The notes below the pieces were generated by a model. It ran no database searches. It was not told the DNA's origin and saw nothing but the letters and a program-made list of their open reading frames with translations. Below, piece after piece: positions 54,560 through 64,000 of a stretch of DNA of 64,000 nucleotides. The stretch covers positions 105,710,001-105,774,000 of the forward strand of contig JBITNC010000001.1 in the NCBI GenBank assembly GCA_050084985.1, in the 5' to 3' direction. The stretch comes from Nageia nagi (lineage: Eukaryota; Plantae; Pinophyta). The position numbers and the translations under genes are program-made. Position 1 is the stretch's first letter. Each line of letters opens with the position of its first letter.

Positions 54560-55317
54560 CATGAAAATAGTGTGGATGCATAGTGAGTTCCATCATCCAT
54601 TGATGATAAGTCAATGTTAGTAATCTACTTACATCTACATCACCATTTTATCTTTTAAGTGAGTTAAATCTCACTAGCTATATTGATGGCCATCGATGAT
54701 CATACATTTTATGTCTATGAACCAAAGACGTTAAGCTTTGGATTGGTTCAAAGAAAAAACCATGTGGATACATAGAATATTGCATCATCCATTGGATATG
54801 ATCCAATTTCAATATCTTATTCATGGGTGCATTGCTTGTTTATCTTTTAAGTGAGTGAATTCTCACTAGCCATGTCATTGGCCATCAGCAGTCATACATT
54901 TTATGTCTATGACCTAAAGATATTATGCGTTGAATTGGTTCAAAACAAAAAAATATGTCGATACAAAGCAAGTTTTATTATCCATTAAAGATGATACAAT
55001 GTCAATATCTTTCTCATGTATGAATTGTTGGTTTATCTTTTAAGTGAGTGAACTCTTACAAGCTATGTCATTGGCCATCGATGGTCATATATTTTATGTT
55101 TATGACCTAAAGATATTATGATTTAGATTGGTTTAAAGAAAAAACCATGTGGATACATAGCAAATTGCATCATCCATTGGAGATGATTCAATATCAACAT
55201 CTTGCTTAGGACTACATCATCAATTTATCTTTTAAGTGAGTGAACTCTCACTAGTCATGTTGTTGACCATCAACAGTCACACGTTTTATGTCTATGACTT
55301 GAATACATTATGTTATG
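54560..55317. repeat. Tandem array of 192-193 bp units (~4 copies)
   Basis: Anchor tttatcttttaagtgagt at 54647, 54839, 55032 and 55224. Confidence 0.95.
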
Positions 55318-55699
55318 TAGTAAAGATTAAATAAATATATATTATCCTATAAAATATACAATATTTGCTCATGGAGGACCATGGCTATGAAATTTATCAT
55401 TATTTTTTCAAGGAACTATGCTTTAAATTCATCATTCATATGATTATCAATAAAGCACATAATGAATTTCATGAGAAAATACCTGAGTTTAAACCATATA
55501 ATAGTCTTGGAATTTAATTTGTATAAATTTTCAAAGAAAACCCATGTTACTAGTAGCATGAAATGTGCTAAATTTGGTGATCTTGTTTTCAATAAAAGTG
55601 ATCAACATCCTGCAAAGATATCAACATGGTGAGTTACTGTTGATTGTGTAGTTTTGTTATTATTCATCATTTTCAATTTTGGAATTCTACTTTTCCATA

Positions 55700-57300
55700 T
55701 AGGCTCAAATTTTCACTTTTTTTTTTTATCCTATAGGAGGGTAAGGTCCTCATGAGGGAGGTCCTATGAAGATAGCTATGTTTGAGAAAGTGCAAACATG
55801 GCCAAGGACTTCCCATATGAATGATATCCTAGATAGGTATGGCCTTGCAAATTTGGTAATTATTGGGCACATCCAATAGGATTTGCCTCTCCTAACAATG
55901 CTAACAAGGCACTGGGATCTTGATTGTTGCACATTTCACCTTTCCCCAAGTGAAATATCAATGACCCTACTTGATGTATACCATATCTTGGGTATCTCCA
56001 TTAGGGAGAATTTGGTACATCAATGAGAGCTTGCAAACAATAATTTACATTAGCAAGAGGCTCTATGGATCACAAGTGAGGCAAATCATGATTGGAAACA
56101 CCAAGCCACTCATCTTATAGAGGTTTTTTAGTTTGCACCAAGAGAGCACCATATTTGACTGTATATCATGGCTATCATAGCCACCTACTTATATCCAGAT
56201 AAGAGCAATTCAAATTTTCCTCTTGACCTAGTATGGATTGTTAAGCAAATTTATGAGCAAGGGAATCAATTTTCCTAAGGGCCAATAGTTTTACCCTAAT
56301 TATAAATATATTTATACAACTTTGTGAGTGTTGACAAGATCAACATCATAGTTGCCACTGTGGGCCTACTATAGGTTTGGGCCTATGAGCACATAGCTAT
56401 TATACACCCTGTAGGTTTATAGAGAGCTCAGGAGGATTCAAGTGACATAGCTCTTATGTGCACAACTTCACATTCTGATGGATATAATATCCCCATTCCC
56501 TTGAGACTTAGAGGAGGGATCTTGATGGATTATAGGTGGGAGACCTTATTTAGGTTTATTTTTAGGATTTCTTATGACATTCAGATGTAAATCAACTTGC
56601 ATGGGTTTAACAACATTGATTTATCCAAACTTGAAGAAAGATTATGGAGCCCTACCATCCTAGTCATATTTTATGATAATTTGGGATTCAATAGAACATC
56701 CCACCCATGCCCACAACATACAAGTGATATTTAGTGGAGAGGGACCTACAAGTAGGGTAATATATGATTCCTACATGGAGGGTTTCTTGGGAGGATCCCC
56801 AAGTGATGGATGTAGCAACTCATGTGTTGATGGCTCCTAAGGTTTCCCCTAGTTATGCTACATGGTGGGTAGGAGTGTGCCTAGGTGATATTGGTGTGGG
56901 TGAGGATGATAGCAATGATGAGATGATCACTAGTGAGGGATTGAAGGAGTATGACCCACATTAGGTCAACAATCCAATCCATGATATGCCACCTTAGGAG
57001 GGTGAGGGAGTAGGAGGTTTAGCCATTCTTATCATAGCTTCCCTAGCAACAAGTAAAGATGCTAACTTGGCTTTTATACTATTATTGATTTTAATGTTTT
57101 ATGTATAATACAAAGTGACTAATCCAAGTTTATTTTGTGCAAAAGAAGCTATCATTGCTAGGATTTCCTCTTTGGAGGTAGAGATTACTATGCTACAGGA
57201 AACCTTTTCAACAAAGGATGCCTAGATAGCTACACTAGACTAGTCTATGAAGAGGTTGTAAGAACATTTGGGCATGCTCCCTCTTGATCAACAGTGGAAT
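55700..57300 (+). pseudogene. Degenerate plant mobile domain (PMD, aminotransferase-like) ORF, transposon-borne
   Basis: LPLLTMLTRHWDLDCCTFHLSPSEISMTLLDVYHILGISI (~55880-56005), YLYPDKS and LL*VWAYEH match the PMD motifs ERW..T.TFHLP.GE.T.TL.DV, PDKS and LLQ.WAYEH. Confidence 0.8.
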
Positions 57301-57572
57301 TTCATATAGAGCCAAATGGATTGGATTAAGGATAAAGATATGGATATTATGGCTTTAAAGGTTAAGTATTCTTGGGTGAAGACCCTACTAGAGAGACATG
57401 GCATGACAACGATCAAGCTCTTAAGAGAGGCATCTATCATAGAAGCCAATGGCAATGGCAACCACAAGGTTAAATCTAGGACTGATACCATTAGTAGTGG
57501 TGGTAGTTCCCACCCCTAGCATGATTGTAGGGCTGATGGCTAGTATATGCTATGTACTCATTTTTAGTTGAG

Positions 57573-57574
<2 letters not shown>

Positions 57575-57614
<40 letters not shown>
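57575..57614. repeat. (AT)20 microsatellite
   Basis: Direct observation. Confidence 1.
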
Positions 57615-57617
<3 letters not shown>

Positions 57618-57685
57618 GACTCAAAGACTTGTGCCAAGGTAATGTTTTTATTTTGTTGCTTTTTATGAATGCTTTTATTTTTCTA

Positions 57686-60600
57686 TTGGAGAGTGCTCTA
57701 CTAGTGAATGCCAAGGGATGCTCCTCCTGCATTAATACTACCCCAATTCCTACTCCACAAGCATCACTTTCTATCACAAAGGTTTTAGAAAAATCTAGCA
57801 TTGCTAATATCGAGGTGGTACACATCACCTCCTTGAGCTTAAGGAAAGCTACCTTAGCTTGAGGGGACCATTGGAATGCATTCTTTTTCAACAACATGGT
57901 TAGAGGTGCTACAATCTTGACATAATCATTCACAAATTTCCTATAATAACCTGTAAACCCCAAGAATCTTCAGAGACTTTTCAAAGATGTAGGAATAGAC
58001 TAGTTTTGCATGTTAGTAATCTTTTGTGGATCCACCTTAACTCCCTCTTCAAATATAACATGGCCTAAGTAGTCAATTTTCCTCTTGTTGAATGAACATT
58101 TTGATTTTTTTGCATATAGCTGGTGTTTCTTAAAAATTTGTAAGGTTGGTCAACATGTGCCACATGTTCTTGCCATATCTTACTATAGATTAAGATGTCA
58201 TCAAAGAAAACTAAAATGAACTTCCTGAGGAATGGAAAAAAACACCTGCTTCATTAAACTTTGAAATGTGTATGGAGCATTTTTGAGGCCAAAAGGCATG
58301 ACCAAGAACTCATAATGGCCCTCATGCGTGTGAAATGCAATTTTTGATATATCCTCCTTCTTCAGTTAGATTTGTTGATACCCAAATCATAGGTCTAGCT
58401 TGGAAAAATATCTTACCCCATGCAGTTCATCCAATAATTCATCAATGATTGGGATGGGGAATTTATCCTTGATGGTGATTTTGTTGAGGGCCCTAAAATC
58501 CACACACATATTCTAGGAACCATCTTTCTTATGAACCAATATAATTGGAGAAGAATATGGGCTTACGCTAGGTCAAATTACTCCTGCATCCAATAGTTTC
58601 TTAACCAATTTTTCAATTTCATTTTTCTATAAACAAGGATATCGATAAGGATGAATGCTTATTGGGTGACTTCTCAAAACCAACTGGATAGCATGATCTT
58701 GTGATCATTGGGGTGGTAAGCCCTTGGTTTCTTAAAGGTACTTGAATGCTTACTTAAGATGGGCTACAGATCCTTAGGCTCTATGATTTCAAATTTAATG
58801 ATTGATAGAGTATAATTGTGCTAGCATCCCTTTTTCAATTTTTCATAGGATCTTTTCCATGCAATGTGAGCTCACAATTCATATAGATCCACCCCGTAAT
58901 CACTTGAGAGTATGGTCTTGTTCATCTATTTTGAGGGTCGTCCATATCTCTACAAAATTCCATTATATAATACCGAAAGTCCTTAGCCTTTATACCCCCA
59001 AAACTATATCACATCCCCCAAGTGGTAAAGCATACATGTCACTTTTCAAAGTATAGTGGTCAATGCTCAGTTTGACATTGTGACACATGCCTTTACATGC
59101 TATTTTTCCTCCATTACCAACCATAACCCCAAAATTATTTGTAGGGTGGATGTAATAGTCAGCAACCTTAGTCACTCATGGATCAATGAAATTATGAGTA
59201 CTTCTTTAATCCAATAATATTATGAGAGGGTGCTTTTTAAGAAACCCTTTGACCTTCATTATTTGAGGGGTGGTAATTCCTACCAATGCATTGTAAGAGA
59301 TAACTAGGGCCTCCTCATCTAGAATTTCCTTTGTAGCCTCTTCAGGTGCACTCTCATATTCCTCCTTACTATGAACATCAACATCAAGCAAATGTAACTT
59401 TTGTTGCGTACAATGATGACCATGAACAAATGTTTCATCATAATTATAGCACAAGCCCTTCTTTCAATGCTCTTCCATTTCTTCCCACATCAACTTCTTA
59501 GTTTGTATTATGCAATTTGGTGGTGGGGTACTTGTGTTATTAGAGTAATGGGAAATATTATGTGTTTTGGTGAATGGAGGTCTTGCATTTCATCGATGAG
59601 TATTGGCTTTATCTTCAATAAGCTTTGCCAAGGTAATAGCATCCATCATAGTTTTGGGATTAAACATTTTGACCTCTGGTTTAATTTCTTCCTTTAAGCC
59701 ATTAATAAAACAACTTGTGAAAATGCATCATCCAACCTCTTTGTGTGATTTTCCAATTTATCAAACTAATTTTGGTATTCTTTAACTATTGTAGTTTGAT
59801 GTAACTTGGTCAATGCCCCTGTGAAGTCTTTATAGTCACTAGAACCAAAATAGATCAATAATTATTGAGTGAATTCATCCCATGAAGGAGCAAGATGCAT
59901 TTTTGAGTACCATTGGTGCCATTAGAGAGCCTTATATTCCAAATGAAAAGATGCCATATACACCTTCAAATCCTTTAGGATTTTGTTCAATGTGAAATAC
60001 TATCTAGCTTTATAAATCTAGCTAGTGGGATTATCTCCATCAAATTGAGAAAAATCCAATTTGGTTGTGTGGGGAAGAATGAAACCACCTTGTTGGATTT
60101 GAAAGTTATGATGATAACCTTATGGATTTCCTAACTACACTAATTGCTGTGAGCTAGATGCATTGTTGGTATGATTGAGACTTAGTTGAACACTATCACA
60201 TTTACTATTAAGGGCTTGTATTTGTGTTTGTATTTATTGAATTTCTACTTTGAATGTATTGGTAAGTTTATCTACCATTTGTTAGATCATAGTTTGAAAT
60301 TTCATCATGGTAGGATCAGCTTGTGCTACTATTTGAGATCTTATTTCAAGTGCCATTTTTGAAAATTTCTATTTCTAAAGTTGATATTTCTGGAAACTAT
60401 TATTTTTAGAAAGTGCCCAAAAAAGTGTATAGGTGTAATATATCAAAATGATCAGCTCAAAAAGATGATCACAATGGGATAAGTCTCCTCATGATGATTT
60501 TTGGAATCTCAAACTCTTTTTTTATGTCTATGGGTCTATTTGCTTTTATTAAAAACTGCTAAAATGGTACATATTTTTAGTTATTTAGCTCTAAAGTTTT

Positions 60601-63600
60601 TGCTACCTTTGAACTGCTATTTTTGGTGGCTCTAAAAAATTACATGTCATACATTCTACTTCTTAAATCAACATTTTTTGTGTGAAGGAATGATTCTAGG
60701 GTAAGGATTATCTACTCTATAGGCTTATCTAAACACCCCTCCTATCTAACTTTCGTAAGGAAAGAGGTTATAGAGATGGCTTTTGTGACAAGTAACTTTC
60801 TAGTGGCACTTGTTGGTGCACTAAAGTTTATAGATGATTGACACAACTTCCTATATAGTTTTCATTTATAGCCTAGATAGTCTTTTATATACCTTTTAGT
60901 ACATGGAGTCCAGTTTTGGGCAAGTGTGCTTAGCCAAAAATGATAGATCCTCTTGGATATTTTAAAACCTATGGTATGCGGTTTCTAGCTTAGACCTCTA
61001 AGATTTTTTTTTCTACAGTAGAATGGCCCTAAAAAGAGCTCTAATACTAGATGTTACGATGCTATAAATACAAAAAGGAAAATATTACAAAAATGAAACA
61101 AATATTGATTTGAAATAGGAAAATGATAACTATCTATTAGAAATAACAGAGCATGCATTGGTAAATAGAACATGAAATAGCATCAATAAGTAGATAAAGA
61201 TAGGATTTTACTAAATAGTAATAGAATCATAGGCCACTTCGAGGGGGCTACCTCCTTATAACTCCAAAGGTAAAAAATAATGTTCGATATGCATTTCTCC
61301 ACACACTTCTATATATTTATATTAAACTAAACCTAACCCTAATAGTAATGCAAAATCAGGCCCCATCCTTACAATCACAATATTACGGTTTACAACATAG
61401 GTTGATAATTTAATAAAATACTAATGCTAACACTAAAATGTTAGAATTTGGGATCCTAAAAGTGGTTGATTGATATTGTTTCCACCTTCTAGATAACTTT
61501 TAGATTGAATTCTTTGAGGAGATGAATGAGAATGTTGAATATATAATCTACTATACAAATAGTTCCAACATTTTTATCTTAAATAATTGGCATAGTTAGG
61601 CTCAAAAATGTCTAGATTCCTAGTTTTTTTTTGGAATATATTTTAAATTCTTGATTTATAGTTGAACTTGTTGACCCTTTTCCAAATCAAGAAATAAATA
61701 TATTTCATCCAAACATGTAATGGTAAGGTTGAAATAAGGTACAACTCCAAGAATAATATTATGATGATCAGTTAGGAAAATGAGAGATTATTAAAATTGG
61801 AGGAATCATCTCTAAGATAAAAATATTTTACGTACCTCACTCTATGAGGTACAATATTATGAAGCCTCATATGGTATTAATGATTTAGGAATATTAAGTA
61901 CAATAGCCTTTGCATGTTGAAGAAGGATGGTGTATCAATTTTACCCATGTTACCTTGGAATCTAGAATAATGTGAGGCTTGTATTTTTGGTAAGCATCAC
62001 AAAAGAACATTTCAAGAAATTTCAAAAATAGCATAAATTAAATTATAATTGATTCATTTAAACTTATGTGGTACCATGCTTATTACCTCAACAAATGGTA
62101 ATAAATATATCATGAACTTTATTAATGACTATACAAAGATGACATGCATTTACTTGTTAAACAAGTAAGTTTTAATTGTTTGAAATTTTTCATAGTTTTC
62201 ATATATAGGTTGAAAATTAAATGAAATCCTATATTAGTATCCTTTTAATTAACAATGAAGGGTAGTAAAATTAAAATACATTTGAGAGTTATCATTTCCA
62301 ATATGGGAGCAAATATCACGTAATTATCCAATATAATCCATAGTAAAATGATGTATAAAAAATGATGAATAGGAAATTCATGAACATATACATATGTAAT
62401 AATGCTTTAAAAATTTGAAGTAAAGCTCATGTTTTGGGGTGATTTAGTTTTGTATATTTTGTACCTTAGAAGTATATGTCCATCTAATTCTCTAAATAAT
62501 AAGTTTGCTTTTGAGATATGGTATGTACACATTCCTTAGATTAAGTATATTAGGATTTTTGGTTCCACCTACGATGCTTTGCTTCCTAAGGATCAATGAT
62601 GCCAAGAGTTAAAAAATACATCTTTTTAGGATACTCAAATATTTCAAAAGTATATTATCTCTATGAATAAGTGCATGGTAAGTTCATCATTTTAGGAGAT
62701 ATCATATTTAGTGATACTTGTAAGGATGAAACTACTATTGAACATCTTTTGGATCATCTTAACAAATTTACAAAAGTAAACATATATGATGAGATTCCAA
62801 AACTTGAGGGAGGGATACTGGAAATTAACTTTTGGAATCTACACCTCATGTTTCTAAAGGAAACACCTCATGATAAGTGGATTCATAGAATTACTTAATG
62901 CATAAAGTTGAGATGATAGATCTTCATAAGTTGGATGATGTTATTGATAGGATTGTAAGGTTGACTATTGATGGATTTGAGCAACCAACACAATCCTAAT
63001 ATCAACCTAGATCATCATAAACAATTCTTAAATAGGTCATGAGAATATCTGATACAGTTCATCTTGATAAAATGGGAAAAGCAAGAACTAGGAGTTTTTA
63101 CATATATAAATATAAAGAAACACAAGAAGAATATTTTGAATATGAAGAAGTGGGTGATATATCTAATATGGAGTGTTCATATGATTATGAATTAAATTTG
63201 GAAAAAGATATAGAATCAATTTCATGTGAATAAATAACTCAAAATGTATGAAGGAATGTGATGAATAAGGAATATTATGCACTCCTAAAAATTTGAACAT
63301 GGAAGTTGATTGATCCTCCACAAAAAATCAAACCAAATGGTTGCATATGATTCTATAAAATCAATTACAAATAAAATGTCTACTTGTAAATAAAAAATTA
63401 GGCTTGTAGCAAATGGATTTTCTTAAAAAGAAGGAATTGACTATGAGAAGGCCTTTGTTTATATGATAAAATGGGCACCAATTCATGGTATGTTAGTTTT
63501 GTCAACTTAGTATGGATGGAAGATTCATCAAATAGAAATAGATTATAACTTTCTTGATTAGTGATATAAATTAAGGAGAATGTGTTCATCAGTCAACTTG

Positions 63601-64000
63601 AAAGTTTTTCCATAAAAGGAAGAGAACATAAAATATGTAAACTCATCAAGTAATTTAATGGACTTATTATGCTCCTCATTCATGGTATGAAAAATTGATT
63701 CAGAATATTTTGAAAATCAAGTTTAAAAACTTTATTCTTAATGATGCAACACTTTTTTTCAAAAAAGTTGATAAAATTATTGTATATAAAAAGGTAAAAG
63801 TAAAAATTTAACATCATTTAACCCTATTAGGTTCTAGGTCCTATCAAGAGTTTAAAATATAACAAATATCATGATTGGAAGTGGAATGTAAAACCTTCCA
63901 TGTGGGTATCTTCACACATCACTTATTCCCACTCCCTTATCAAGAGGTGATATTTAGTTATGTATATTGATGATATTTTCATACCATATAATAATTAAAA
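57686..64000 (+). repeat. Recent segmental duplicate of 33236-39618 (Reina-like RH-RT-gag, 5' LTR at 61052-61437, flanking copia); continues beyond the window
   Basis: Near-identical colinear sequence and matching ORFs; the offset changes from ~24452 to 24381 across a 71-bp deletion near 60917. Confidence 0.98.

Overview
AT-rich, strongly CpG/CHG-depleted plant nuclear DNA. The TE repertoire and decay pattern suggest a large, heavily methylated seed-plant genome, possibly a gymnosperm (inference only). Most of the window is a nest of degenerate retroelements: several Ty1/copia fragments, a Tat-type Ty3/gypsy pol with a second RNase H, a near-complete Reina-like chromovirus nested in a copia, a non-autonomous LTR element, two L1-type LINEs, SINE-like insertions, a plant-mobile-domain ORF remnant and an endogenous caulimovirid RT/RNase H fragment. 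The only host gene is a small 3-exon HMA-domain gene of the HIPP39-like type (22690-23059). It stops right after the HMA domain, but its disabled Tyr/Pro-rich tail and CaaX prenylation box are still readable in the 3' flank. Duplications of different ages are visible: a 1-kb tandem pair upstream of the gene, an old ~450-bp non-coding paralogy, and a recent >6.3-kb segmental copy running off the window end. I see no convincing wholly new multi-gene system. The best leads are the de-prenylated HIPP, the viral fossil, the CpG-protected regulatory islands and two probable SINE families. TE boundaries are approximate and were read by eye.
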